Positions 51,427 to 61,525 of a stretch of 64,000 nucleotides of DNA are shown here, piece by piece (positions within the stretch are counted from its first letter, which is position 1; the number at the start of each line of letters is the position of its first letter). Location: NCBI GenBank assembly GCA_963708075.1, contig OY970194.1:1696001-1760000 (forward strand), in the 5' to 3' direction. A program made the translations under genes and the position numbers. The DNA is from Sedimentisphaerales bacterium. GTDB taxonomy: Bacteria; Planctomycetota; Phycisphaerae; Sedimentisphaerales; Anaerobacaceae. Below the pieces are notes generated by a model, which ran no database searches, was not told the origin of the DNA, and worked only from the letters and a program-made list of their open reading frames with translations.

Positions 51427-52143
51427 ATGGGCCGGTGCAGAAGAGGATTTACGCTCATCGAGCTGCTGGTGGTTGTCGCGATCATTGCGATGCTGATGGC
51501 GATTCTGATGCCGGCGTTGAGCAGGGCCAAGAAGCAGGCGCAGGCCACCACGTGTCTGAGCGGCCTCAAGCAGATCGGCGTGGCGGCCGTGCTCTACGCC
51601 CAGGATAGTGACTGGTTCATCCCCCGCGGCTCGACGGGCAGCACGCCCATCTGGTTCATGCAGTACCTCCCGTACGTCGGCCAGAGGCACAATGAAGGCG
51701 ACTACAAGAGCGTCAAGATCTATCGCTGCAAGAGCTTCCCCACGATCGGGACGGGCCTGTATGACATTCCGAACTCCAGACAGACGGTCTGTTACGTGAT
51801 CAACGACTGGACCTTTTCCAGCAAGACCGACACCACAGGAACCGGCGTGGGAAAGCCCACGAAACTGTCCGTGTTCAAACGGCCGGCCCAGACGATCTAT
51901 CTGGCCGACAACGAGGCCGGCTCCTGGCGTCCCATCATCGAGAGCGCCAACAGCCGGGAACTCATACGCTGCGACATCTTCATGCGCACGCATCTGCCGC
52001 TTTCGGACGACCACGACATCAATAACGGACAACGAGTAGCTCGGGAGCGGCATCGGAAAGGCTGCAATGTCTTGTTCCTCGACTGGCACTCCGAATATGT
52101 CGGCGCCGAAGACATGACCATGGACATGTGGCGCGACAAGTAG
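51427..52143 (+). CDS. Prepilin-type N-terminal methylation protein with H-X9-DG-like C-terminus (DUF1559-like)
   Basis: RRGFTLIELLVVVAIIAMLMAILMPAL...C.S.LKQIG and RHRKGCNVLFLDWH. Confidence 0.9.
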   Translation: MGRCRRGFTLIELLVVVAIIAMLMAILMPALSRAKKQAQATTCLSGLKQIGVAAVLYAQDSDWFIPRGSTGSTPIWFMQYLPYVGQRHNEGDYKSVKIYRCKSFPTIGTGLYDIPNSRQTVCYVINDWTFSSKTDTTGTGVGKPTKLSVFKRPAQTIYLADNEAGSWRPIIESANSRELIRCDIFMRTHLPLSDDHDINNGQRVARERHRKGCNVLFLDWHSEYVGAEDMTMDMWRDK

Positions 52144-52303
52144 CCGTCCATATCCGCGTTCATCGCCGTTCTTCGGCGGTTTCATCGTCTCTGTGTCCTC
52201 GGTGACCTCTGTGGCAAGAAGATTTTCTCCCCCCCCCTTCTTTAATCCTTGCGGGACAAGGGTTTACAAAACACCGAACAGCGGCATTTTGTTGAGATTT
52301 CTG

Positions 52304-52332
52304 TTGACGCTCAGACATGGTGAATATACCAT
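52304..52332 (+). promoter_or_regulatory. Sigma70-like promoter for the HNH-AP2 gene
   Basis: TTGACG-N17-TACCAT. Confidence 0.5.
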
Positions 52333-52402
52333 AGGTGGAGTGGTGTGTACCAGTGGTAGGGGCGAATCATCATTCGCCCGCGTGGATCGAAAGGGAAGAA
52401 TC

Positions 52403-53413
52403 ATGAGACAGCGGACAGAGCGAAAGAAGCAGAAGAACGGCAAGACCCGGGTGCGGCCGGCGAGAAAGAGGCTTCCCGGGGTTCCGCCGGCGGACAGTAA
52501 GATCTGGCCGGAGCAGTATCGGGGGAAGAATTGGAAACCCGCCTATGGACTGCTGTTTGCGGGCAAGTGCCAGTTGTGTGCGTACTCCTGTCCCCTGCCG
52601 AAGTCACGACAAATGCTCGACAAGTGGCACGGCGAGCCCCGGCTGCTGCTGTGCATGAACCATCCGGACAGTCCCGGCGAGTTGACGGAGGTCCTGCCGA
52701 CCGAAACGTGCCGGAACTTCACGGCAAGGAAATGGCTGCCACCCCGGGCCGAACGGGCGAAGAAGCTCACCTCTCCCGAAGTCGATGACTCGGACCCGAC
52801 CGTCCGCCGGATCCCGCTGAGCAACGGCTTGTTTGCCACTGTCGATGCCGCTGATTATGAGAAGGTCAGCAGGTACAAGTGGTATGTGAGCTACCGCGGA
52901 TCGAATGTCTACGCGGTCTGCAACAAGGGCAAGCGGCGCGTATACATGCACCGCATGCTCATGCGGCCGCGCACGGGCTACATCGTGCACCATGTCGACG
53001 GCAATGGCCTGAACAATCGGCGCTGCAACCTCCACATCTGCACGCGGCGGGAGCACCAGGCCAGCCGGGGGCCTTGCGGTGGGACCTCCAGATTCGTCGG
53101 GGTGTTCCGGCACGACGGCAAGATGGGCAAATGGCAGGCGGGAATTCAATACCGTGGGAAACTGCACGACCTCGGGCTCTTTGATGACGAGGTCGAAGCA
53201 GCCAAGGCCCGGGACCGTAAGGCATACGAACTGCATGGCGAACGCGCCTACATCAACCGGCCGGAGGACCTCCGCCGGTGGTTGCGCCAACGACGCCGTG
53301 CGGTCGCTCCCCGTGCATCGATGAAGGACACGAAGGCCTCAGTGCGGCCTTCAGCCGCAACCCAAACCAACTCTCGCGCCAAAACGCCAAGGACCCAAAG
53401 AAGAAGGGCGTGA
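52403..53413 (+). CDS. HNH endonuclease-AP2 domain protein with an N-terminal Cys-rich domain
   Basis: YMHRML...VHHVDGNGLNNRRCNL (HNH); SRFVGV...KWQAGI...LGLFDDEVEAAKARD (AP2); CQLCAYSC...CMNHP...CRNF. Confidence 0.9.
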   Translation: MRQRTERKKQKNGKTRVRPARKRLPGVPPADSKIWPEQYRGKNWKPAYGLLFAGKCQLCAYSCPLPKSRQMLDKWHGEPRLLLCMNHPDSPGELTEVLPTETCRNFTARKWLPPRAERAKKLTSPEVDDSDPTVRRIPLSNGLFATVDAADYEKVSRYKWYVSYRGSNVYAVCNKGKRRVYMHRMLMRPRTGYIVHHVDGNGLNNRRCNLHICTRREHQASRGPCGGTSRFVGVFRHDGKMGKWQAGIQYRGKLHDLGLFDDEVEAAKARDRKAYELHGERAYINRPEDLRRWLRQRRRAVAPRASMKDTKASVRPSAATQTNSRAKTPRTQRRRA

Positions 53414-53494
53414 GAAACCTCCTTTATCTCGGCGCTGTCTGCGTCTTTGCGCGAGACATAGTCAAGGTTGGTGTGGAATGCACCCCCTACCGCT

Positions 53495-53770
53495 CCGACC
53501 ATGCTAATCTCGTGGATACCGGGTGGCAGCGGCAAGTGGAGCCATTCATGGGCCTTCGGCGCACCCGAAGAGGATGAAAATGGCCCACGCCGCTCGTAGG
53601 GTGGGTCCTTGACCCACGCGGTTGACCACGGGAAACGTTCTTCACGCGTGGGTTGAGAACCCACCCTACATATTGACGCCACGCTCTTTTCAGAGGAGTC
53701 TTCGGAGCTTGCAGATGGCGTGTATGCGTAGACACGGGCCATCGGCAAGCCGGCGCTTGCCGCTGCCACC
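53495..53770. repeat. Composite REP mosaic: family C (GGGTGGCAGCGGCAAG...CTTGCCGCTGCCACCC) interrupted by an insert containing the family B doublet (53596-53669)
   Basis: Compared with the uninterrupted copy at 55443-55534 and family B at 43547-43620. Confidence 0.75.
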
Positions 53771-53838
53771 CATCCTAAGCGATATTCTCTACACACACTG
53801 TCTTAGAATGGTCAGGGTACTACTTTGCGCCACACCTG

Positions 53839-55213
53839 TTAGTCTCGGTCTGTGCGGTTTGCGGGTTTGGCGTTGAGAAGCTCGGGGAGGGTCGGCATCG
53901 CTTCGAGGACGTGACAGACGGTGTAGAGGTGCTGCGAGTACCAGTTCGGCCGGTTTGTGCCGGGCTTCCTCTCGTTGCGAAGCTGGAAGAACGTCCGGAA
54001 GAGGCCGGTGTCTGATTGCATGTAGGTCAGGGCGTTGATGCCGGAGAGGGCTTTCTTCTTCGCCTGCTCGTCGCCGGTGGCGTTGTAGAGGTCCGCCAGG
54101 GCCAGGCAGTACCGGGCCGTGTGGCCGGGCATCATGTGCTCAAAGCCGGCCTGCTCGGAGACGGCCGGCGCCGGGGCCGCGGGATGTCCCTCGGTATGAA
54201 CCAATCGCTCCTCCATCCTGGCCAGAACGCGCCGGCCCATCCCGATGTATTCAGGGTGGGCTTTCGCATGGCGAAACAGGTAGTCGGCGGTGAAGGACAT
54301 GGGCTCGGCGGAGAGATAATTCTCCGGCTTCGACACGATGTCTTCGTGATAGGTGCCCCAGAGATTCCTTTCGACGTTTCGCTCCAGCATCAGCTTCAAG
54401 GCGCGATCATGGACCTGCTGCCAGGATGGTTCGTTTTCGTAGCGGAGAAGGTCCTCGAAGAACTGCACGAAAAAGACCGGCGCGCCTCCGAATTGCTGGC
54501 GAACGGCGCCATCTTCAGGGACCACGCGGAAAGGCCAGCTTCCATCTTCGTTCTGGCGGCGGACCAGCGTCTGGGCGATGGCTTTCGCGCCGGCGAGGTA
54601 CTTCGCCTCCTTTGTGGTCTCGTACAGGGCAATGTAGGCGCTTGCGAGGAACGCGCCCTTATCGGGTTCGATGCTGTCCTTGTCCTGCGAGCCGCCGGGT
54701 CTTCCATTCGAGAATACCGAGTAAGGCAAGTTGGGGTAAAATGCACTGGATGGTGTGGAATGGGTGAGATTCCAGTCGGCCAAGTCGCGTGCCCGGAGAA
54801 GCCATTCCCGCTCACCCGTGTAGGCGTGGTATCGCAGGAAGGTGAAGATGAAGTAGGCGTGCTGGCGTGCCGGGAAGGCAAGTTGCCGGTCCGAACGCGA
54901 TCCATCCTCATTCACGTGCGCACGGGTGAAATACCCGGCCAGCTCGCCGTCGATCCTGCCGGGAACATAGCCGCCATCCGCCTTCTTCAGAAACTGCATG
55001 GCCTGCGCAATCGCCTCAGTGACAGGCCGGCGTGGCAGGACAACACCGTTTATGACCGGAACACGGTTCCCCGCTGTCCCCTCTGCCGCACGGAAGCCCC
55101 CCGTCCATGAGAACCGACGCGATGACAAAGAGCAACACAAGATTCGTTGCCGGCCAGGGTGAATGCCGGCCGGGGCCATGAGGTGTAAATCGCCCTTCGG
55201 CGTTTGGCTTCAT
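53839..55213 (-). CDS. Probable secreted alpha/alpha-toroid protein; signal peptide appears separated by a frameshift near the G6 run at 55097-55102
   Basis: Helical repeats (LYETTKEAKYL.GA..IA..L...QNEDGSW; LYNATGDE); the hydrophobic signal (NLVLLFVIASVLM) from ATG 55213 is in a neighbouring frame. Confidence 0.65.
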
Positions 55214-55416
55214 GATCACAGTCCTTCCCAACAACATAGGATCGTTCAGACACACTTTGTGTCACAGAAACCGTCTCTCTCAGACTTGAGGAGTTCGCAC
55301 CCATAGAATAGCAGGGACGAGCACCGCTGTCACGCGTCGTACAGTGGGGCGAGCGGGGACGCTCGCCCTACGCAGAGGTGTGCGGATCACCTGGGTATTC
55401 CGATCACTCTCCTACA

Positions 55417-55534
55417 CCGACCATGCTAATTTGGTGAGTGCTGGGTGGCAGCGGCAAGCGCCGGCTTGCCGATGGCTCACTGGAAACGCAGCACCATCGG
55501 CAAGCTCCGAAGACTCCGCTTGCCGCTGCCACCC
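55417..55534. repeat. REP-doublet element, family C, with CCGACCATGCTAAT flank
   Basis: Terminal inverted repeats GGGTGGCAGCGGCAAGC; homologue at 53495-53770. Confidence 0.78.
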
Positions 55535-55693
55535 ACCGCTTCAGTGTAGTCGGAGCACTCCCGCCGGCTGCGCGTGTGCGGGAGAAAGTGCGGATTTTCC
55601 TGCATTGACGATGGGGCAAATCGGGGTGAAATGCGAGGAGAGAGTGTTGTCAAGGGGCTTCACAATGAGACTACATTGCGAAAGGGGAGACCG

Positions 55694-57127
55694 ATGAAGA
55701 CTTGGGGGCATATCACTATCTGTGTCGTGTCGCTCGCTTGGGCGAGCGTGGCGACGGGGGCGACGCTTCACGTCGATGCCGGGGGCGGAGGCGATTACAC
55801 GAGCATCCAGGCCGCTCTCGATGCGGCGGTCACGGGCCACGACAAGATCGAAGTGAACCCGGGAACATATTATGAAGCGATCGACTTCCACGGCAAGGCC
55901 GTCCGGCTCTACAGCAAGGGCGGACCCGCCGCGACGATCATTGACGGGACCGGGAACTATCACGTAGTACGTTGTACCAGCGGCGAGGGCCCCGACACCA
56001 TCCTGGAGGGTTTCACCATCACCGGCGGCAATGCTGACGGCGTGCCACCGGAAGATGCCTGGGGCGGTGGAATGTACAACTCCGGGGCCAGTCCAACCGT
56101 GACGAACTGCGTGTTCACGGGCAACACCGCCGGCTGGGGCGGCGGGATGTTCAACACGGGGGCCAGTCCGAGTCTGACAAATTGCGCGTTCCACGACAAT
56201 TCCGCTGACCGGGGCGGCGCGATGTATAACGAAGGCGGCAGCCCTGCCGTAAGCGGTTGCATGTTTCACGACAACTCGGCCACCCGAGGCGGCGGGATCT
56301 TCGACGAGATCGGCAGCAATGCGATCGTGACCCAATGCGCGTTCCACAACAACCGGGCCGACGAGGACGGGGGCGGGATCTGCAACGGATTCATCGGCCG
56401 CGCGACTGTGATCGACTGCACGTTCACCAACAACGGCGCCAGATATGGCAGCGGGATCGCCAGCATACAAGGCAGCGGAGATGCGACCGGTTGCACCTTC
56501 GTGGATAACACGGCGGACGAGGGCGGGGCAATGTACTATGGCGATAGTGCCGGAACCGTGAGTGACTGCACCTTCCAACACAACCTCGCCGGGGCTGGCG
56601 GCGCCATCGCAAACGGCGTTAGCGATGTGCTCGTGACCAACTGCATCTTCACCGCCAACGGCGCAGCGGGCCAAGGCGGCGGGATATCGAACGTATGGAG
56701 CGACCTGGCCGCGACGCATTGCACCTTCAGCGGCAACACCGCAGAGATTTCCGCCGGCGCGATCATGAGCATGGGGGTCGGGAGTACCACGACTGTGACC
56801 AACTGCATTCTCTGGTCCGATCTCGGCGGCGAACTTGATACCGGCTTTGCCACTCTCTTGGTCACCTACAGCGATATTCAAGGTGGCTGGGGCGGCGAGG
56901 GCAACATCGACGCCGATCCGCTTTTCACGGGGGCCGCCGGCGATTTTCATCTGGCGCCGGGCTCGCCGTGCATCGACACCGGGACGAACGACCCGGCCGG
57001 AGGACTGCCAGGCACGGACATCGAAGGCAATCCCCGGCCGGCGGATGGCAATGACGACGGCGTCGCCGTGGCGGACATGGGAGCATACGAATTGCCGGCG
57101 AAAGTGAAGAAGGCCAGGAAGCCGTAG
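55694..57127 (+). CDS. Secreted parallel beta-helix repeat protein (choice-of-anchor Q-like C-terminus)
   Basis: Signal peptide, DYTSIQAALD, repeated NC.F..N.A..GGGM motifs and DFHLAPGSPCIDTG...DMGAYE. Confidence 0.9.
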   Translation: MKTWGHITICVVSLAWASVATGATLHVDAGGGGDYTSIQAALDAAVTGHDKIEVNPGTYYEAIDFHGKAVRLYSKGGPAATIIDGTGNYHVVRCTSGEGPDTILEGFTITGGNADGVPPEDAWGGGMYNSGASPTVTNCVFTGNTAGWGGGMFNTGASPSLTNCAFHDNSADRGGAMYNEGGSPAVSGCMFHDNSATRGGGIFDEIGSNAIVTQCAFHNNRADEDGGGICNGFIGRATVIDCTFTNNGARYGSGIASIQGSGDATGCTFVDNTADEGGAMYYGDSAGTVSDCTFQHNLAGAGGAIANGVSDVLVTNCIFTANGAAGQGGGISNVWSDLAATHCTFSGNTAEISAGAIMSMGVGSTTTVTNCILWSDLGGELDTGFATLLVTYSDIQGGWGGEGNIDADPLFTGAAGDFHLAPGSPCIDTGTNDPAGGLPGTDIEGNPRPADGNDDGVAVADMGAYELPAKVKKARKP

Positions 57128-57149
57128 CCGGCGTTCGGGTGCCCACCTT

Positions 57150-57899
57150 CTACGCTTCAGGCGTGAAGCAGCAGTAACCGATGCCGTCGCACTCATCCTT
57201 GAGTTTTTGCCAGACCCGGTCGTCGTCGATCACCTGCAAAGCGGCAGGATAGAGGATATTATTCTCTTTGTAGATGTGCTCGCGAAGCGTCGGGACGATG
57301 AAACTTGCCAGTTCGTTCAATCTCCGCTTGAAGTCTGCGAAATCATGCCGATCAACAGCCTCAACAAGTTTCTTGAGCTCGCGTTTTCGAGGTCTGAGCT
57401 GTCTGTGCTCCTCGCGCATCACCATCGGCGGGCCGTACATGCCCCGCTTCTCGAGCTCGGGGAATAATACGTCCTCTTCCCGCTGATGATGCCGCTCCGC
57501 CTCGACCAGGTGCTCGGCGATGTGCGCCAGTTGATGAAACTCCCGTGTTTGCCCGGGGTATTCGGACATCCCTTGGATCGTTTCGTTCACCTGTTGGAGC
57601 ATGTCGAGAAAACCGAGGATGGCATCGTGCTCATGGACAAGCGTGGAGACCACGTGGCCCTTGGGCAATCTGGCACGCATCTGCTCGAGCTGCTCGCCGA
57701 GCACCTCCAGATGAAGAGGGCACAACCCGTGCAGGTCTTCGACGCTCAGGCCCGCATCGAGCAGGTTCTGCTCCGCAATAGCCAGTTCGTCCGGGCCCAC
57801 CGTCGCCAGAAATTCCATGGCTTCGGCCTTCACCTGATCCGGGTCCTCGCCTGCATTAAGCCGCTTGAGAATGCCGGTAAGCTGCTCTGTCTTCTCCAT
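57150..57899 (-). CDS. DUF438/hemerythrin-domain protein
   Basis: ELAIAEQ.L...LCPLH, GHVV...EH, HHQREEDVLFP.LE, VMREEH, HIYKENNILYP and IGYCC motifs. Confidence 0.9.
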   Translation of the reverse strand: MEKTEQLTGILKRLNAGEDPDQVKAEAMEFLATVGPDELAIAEQNLLDAGLSVEDLHGLCPLHLEVLGEQLEQMRARLPKGHVVSTLVHEHDAILGFLDMLQQVNETIQGMSEYPGQTREFHQLAHIAEHLVEAERHHQREEDVLFPELEKRGMYGPPMVMREEHRQLRPRKRELKKLVEAVDRHDFADFKRRLNELASFIVPTLREHIYKENNILYPAALQVIDDDRVWQKLKDECDGIGYCCFTPEA

Positions 57900-57992
57900 G
57901 ATCAAATCCTCCAATGGAGCAAAATCGAAATCTCCTGTGTTCCGTCGAACGGCCCTGCATCTCGGCAACGTGCAGGAGATGCCTAAGCTATA

Positions 57993-58011
57993 TAGGATCA
58001 ATATAGTCCTA
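57993..58011. promoter_or_regulatory. Candidate Rrf2 operator upstream of the hemerythrin gene
   Basis: TAGGATCAATATAGTCCTA, 16/19 identical to 46236-46254. Confidence 0.6.
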
Positions 58012-58090
58012 TTGGTTCGGCGAAAATGGAAAATTTCTTCGCATACCGAGATTCGTGTGCGACTGAACGTTGTTGCGGAACAGGCCCATT

Positions 58091-58185
58091 TGTCATGCTG
58101 AACGAAGTGAAGTATCTGGGCAACGACTGCAATCAACGCTTGTTCCTGCACTCGGCCCAGATCCTTCGCGGCGCTCAGGATGACA
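58091..58185. repeat. REP-doublet element, family D (TGTCATGCTGA...TCAGGATGACA)
   Basis: Inverted arms TGTCATGCTGAACGAAGTGAAGTATCTGGG and CCCAGATCCTTCGCGGCGCTCAGGATGACA. Confidence 0.75.
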
Positions 58186-58292
58186 GTGTCCGTGCCAAGG
58201 ATTGACGTCGATCATCGCACTATGGCAACTCGCAAAAGGTGATCGCACGCGGGATCGTCCATTGCGGGTGACCGAGGCCGTGGAGAAGGCGG

Positions 58293-60038
58293 CTAGCCCT
58301 CTTGCAGGTAAGACCGAGAGGCGACGGCGACCTCGCCATCGGCCGTGATATCGACCTGGCCCCGCAGCCGTTTTGCGGAAGTAAACGAATACTCCTGCGC
58401 CCCTCGCAGCAAAACACTGCTGCTATCCACCTCCAGGTGCAGCTCTTGTTCGGGGTTCCTGTGTCGCAGCACGTTGGCCATGACAAAGGCCTTTTCGAGG
58501 CCGTCGCCGGTGTAGTAGTTGGCCACCTCGTCCGGCTGGGCCAGGCGGTTGCCGTCGTAGATGGAGACATCCTTCATGCGGCTGAGCCACTCGTACACCC
58601 CCTCGATGGACATGGATTTGGTCGCTTCGAGGGAGACGGGGCTTCGCTCGATGGCCGCCTTGACGAAGGGACGCCAATCGCAGCTATCCATGTCCCGATA
58701 GGCGTAGAACGCCAGGTCGGCCGTCGCGTTGTGTCCGCGGATCCCGCGCAGGTACTCAATGATCTCCTCGCGAGTCTGATCCGGGGAAATCTGGATCACG
58801 CCGGCATCAAGGAATCGCTTGTTCGCTCCCGGCAGGTCGGGCTCGATGTGGACGAAGTCCGCCAGGTCATCGACGAGCTTGTCCGCCTCCGGGATCGTCG
58901 GTTCAAGGAACTTCTTCAGCGCCTCGCGGCCGCGAGGCTCCCGGACGTCAACCTTCTGTTGCCTGATGAACTCGTTCAGGCGGTCGCAGCGGACACGCCC
59001 GGGGATTTCATAATGCATGAAATCCTCGTCGGCCACCTCTTCCAGAAGCTTCTCGTGCGTAGCGTCGCCGATCTTGTAAGGGCTGCCATGCTCGTACTCG
59101 TAGAGGAACTCGGCCTGGAGGAATCGCGGCTGGCCGTGGCAGTCGCGGCAAATCTGGAAATACTTCTGGTATTGGTGCTCCGAGCGAAGAAAGCTGGCGA
59201 GGATCGTGAAGTCCAGCCCTGTCGTAAGGTAATCGGCCAGCCGGGCCCGGAAATGATCGTAAGCCTTCGGGGCAATCGTCGCCTCGTCATAGAGGCAGTG
59301 GACGTAGCCCGTGCAGTGCGTGACGGCCGTCACTCGTTCATTGCGCAGGGCCCGCTGCGCCTTCATGGAAATCGCCGTGCCGTTGAACCACATCGTCTTG
59401 GTGACGAGCCGGCGGTTGTTGGTCAGGATGCCGTCCTGCATGTCGATGAAGTTCTGCGAATGCAGCGGCGTCAGGAGCATGTAGATGTCCTCAAGGGGCA
59501 CGCCGCAAACTACGAACGCTGCCGCCGCGTACAGGGCCGCGAGCGACACGCACTCCCCCGCCGCTTTCGTGTACCCTGGTCGGAATCGAAAGGCGTCCAT
59601 CGCCTCCAGGGTCTCCGTCTTCCAGTAAGGGATCACGTCCGTCGTGTACTTATCGAGCCCGAAGTGCCGGCGGATATCCACGTCGAAGTAGTATTTGTCC
59701 CCCTCATAGCCGAACAGGGCGTTGCTCGCGGCGATTTCCTGCGGCGACAGGTACGGCGAAAACCGCTTCAACTCGACCTCCTTGGTGGTCAGCCCCCACG
59801 TTTCCAAGTCGAGGTTGAAATCGAACTCGTCCATGATGAACTGCCGAAGCCGCATCAGCTTGCGGTAGCTGCTCTTGCCCTCCAGCTTCTTGAGCCAGTC
59901 CAGCTCCCGCCATTTCCAGAGGATCGGGCTCATGATGTCTGCCAGGACCAGGCCGTACATCAACTCCGGAAAGACAAAGATCTCCATGTCCGACAACGTG
60001 TATGCCGACGAGTATTTCTCGATTTCTCTCGTATCCAT
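58293..60038 (-). CDS. Hypothetical protein, possibly transglutaminase-like
   Basis: Long ORF with host-like codon usage; GECVSLAALY...PLHSQ; start 60038 or 60047. Confidence 0.75.
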   Translation of the reverse strand: MDTREIEKYSSAYTLSDMEIFVFPELMYGLVLADIMSPILWKWRELDWLKKLEGKSSYRKLMRLRQFIMDEFDFNLDLETWGLTTKEVELKRFSPYLSPQEIAASNALFGYEGDKYYFDVDIRRHFGLDKYTTDVIPYWKTETLEAMDAFRFRPGYTKAAGECVSLAALYAAAAFVVCGVPLEDIYMLLTPLHSQNFIDMQDGILTNNRRLVTKTMWFNGTAISMKAQRALRNERVTAVTHCTGYVHCLYDEATIAPKAYDHFRARLADYLTTGLDFTILASFLRSEHQYQKYFQICRDCHGQPRFLQAEFLYEYEHGSPYKIGDATHEKLLEEVADEDFMHYEIPGRVRCDRLNEFIRQQKVDVREPRGREALKKFLEPTIPEADKLVDDLADFVHIEPDLPGANKRFLDAGVIQISPDQTREEIIEYLRGIRGHNATADLAFYAYRDMDSCDWRPFVKAAIERSPVSLEATKSMSIEGVYEWLSRMKDVSIYDGNRLAQPDEVANYYTGDGLEKAFVMANVLRHRNPEQELHLEVDSSSVLLRGAQEYSFTSAKRLRGQVDITADGEVAVASRSYLQEG

Positions 60039-60251
60039 ATCTTCCATTTTCCCCTGCAAAACGCCCACCCTGCCCCTGCCGATGAACAAAGGTTACCACG
60101 GATGCCAAAATATCGCCACAGTTTCGTGAGATAAGGGTTCCCTTGGCCATACTTCTCTTGTACGATCACAACCGAACGTTGTTTGGGTGGTTGGGGGCCT
60201 CTGCCGTCCGCAGCCTCATTGGTTCGCCGAACTGCTTTGGGAGTGTATGGC

Positions 60252-61481
60252 ATGAGACGAACGGAATTCTTTGAAGCCGCAGTCAGAGCCGGATTCTACG
60301 GCATCGACCGGGGCGGACTCTTCGGGAAGAAAGACAACGTCCGCAAGTACTGGGAAGATGTATTCATCAAGGCGGCTGTTCGCCCCTCTATCGAAAGTCT
60401 GCTCGCCACGAACGGCCGTCTGCGAATCGTGGACCTTGGCGCCGGCAGCGGGGAAGGCCTGGAACTGCTGGCGCATATCCCCCCGTCGGAGCCGGTGAAA
60501 ACGCGAGAGCCCTTCGTACTGGACAAGCCTCAGATCGAAGTCTATTGCGGCGTGGACATCTCGCCCGCCATGGTCGAACAAGGTCGGGAGAATTACCGGG
60601 GCAGGAACTACGCTCGTTTTCTCGAAGCCGACCTTTCCGACGGCTTCCCCCTGCCAGGCGAGCCACCGTTCCACGTCTATTTCTCCTCCTACTGCTCGCT
60701 CTCTCATCTGACCGCGTCCGAGCTGGAGCATCTCTCGGCGCAGGTGTTCACCCATGCCGGTAAGGGGAGCATCATGGTTTATGATGTGTACGGGCGCTAT
60801 TCGCCGGAATGGCCCATCTACTGGGATAAGAGCGCCGATCAAGAACTCCCGTACAATATGGCCTACCTCCAACCTCCGGAACAACAGGATCCCAAGACGG
60901 CCGACTGGTTCGACGTGACATTCTGGACCGGCGACGAGCTCGTGGACACGATTCAGCGGGCCAGCGCAACATCCGGACGAAATGTCAAGGTGCTTTTGCT
61001 CAAGGACCGATCGGTCCTCGTTGGCCGGCACATGGACACCTCCTTCTTCAAACCCACTCGATTCGGAGTCAGGCAACAGGTTAACGTCCTGTTCGACCGC
61101 GACTATCGGGGCGATACATCCGGCTTGAGACTCAATCTCGACTACCTGCCGACGAGGTCGGATTCCGATGAACGAGCCGCCGAACGCATCCGCACGTATC
61201 TCGCCTCGTGGTCGTCCGTCGTCGACATTCTGGACGCTCTCACCCAGCATGACAATCCGCGCGTCAAGCAGTTGATCGAATCGAGTAATGAGACGCTTGC
61301 GGAAGAACTGAAGATGCTCGCCTGGCTCTACAGAAACGCTGACCGGTTCCCCGTCGCGGATTTCTGGGCCAGCATCATGGGGCCGCAAGTCGCCTGCGTG
61401 CTGCGAAACCTGGAAATGGAGCTACCCCCGGGACTCGGCTGCGGCCACAGCCTCATGTGCGTCGTTGAAGTCCAGGGGTAG
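60252..61481 (+). CDS. Class I SAM-dependent methyltransferase
   Basis: IVDLGAGSGEG and GVDISPAMV motifs. Confidence 0.85.
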   Translation: MRRTEFFEAAVRAGFYGIDRGGLFGKKDNVRKYWEDVFIKAAVRPSIESLLATNGRLRIVDLGAGSGEGLELLAHIPPSEPVKTREPFVLDKPQIEVYCGVDISPAMVEQGRENYRGRNYARFLEADLSDGFPLPGEPPFHVYFSSYCSLSHLTASELEHLSAQVFTHAGKGSIMVYDVYGRYSPEWPIYWDKSADQELPYNMAYLQPPEQQDPKTADWFDVTFWTGDELVDTIQRASATSGRNVKVLLLKDRSVLVGRHMDTSFFKPTRFGVRQQVNVLFDRDYRGDTSGLRLNLDYLPTRSDSDERAAERIRTYLASWSSVVDILDALTQHDNPRVKQLIESSNETLAEELKMLAWLYRNADRFPVADFWASIMGPQVACVLRNLEMELPPGLGCGHSLMCVVEVQG

Positions 61482-61525
61482 CCTGAATCACCTCTTGATG
61501 TCCTCACGTACGTCCCAGGAAGGGA

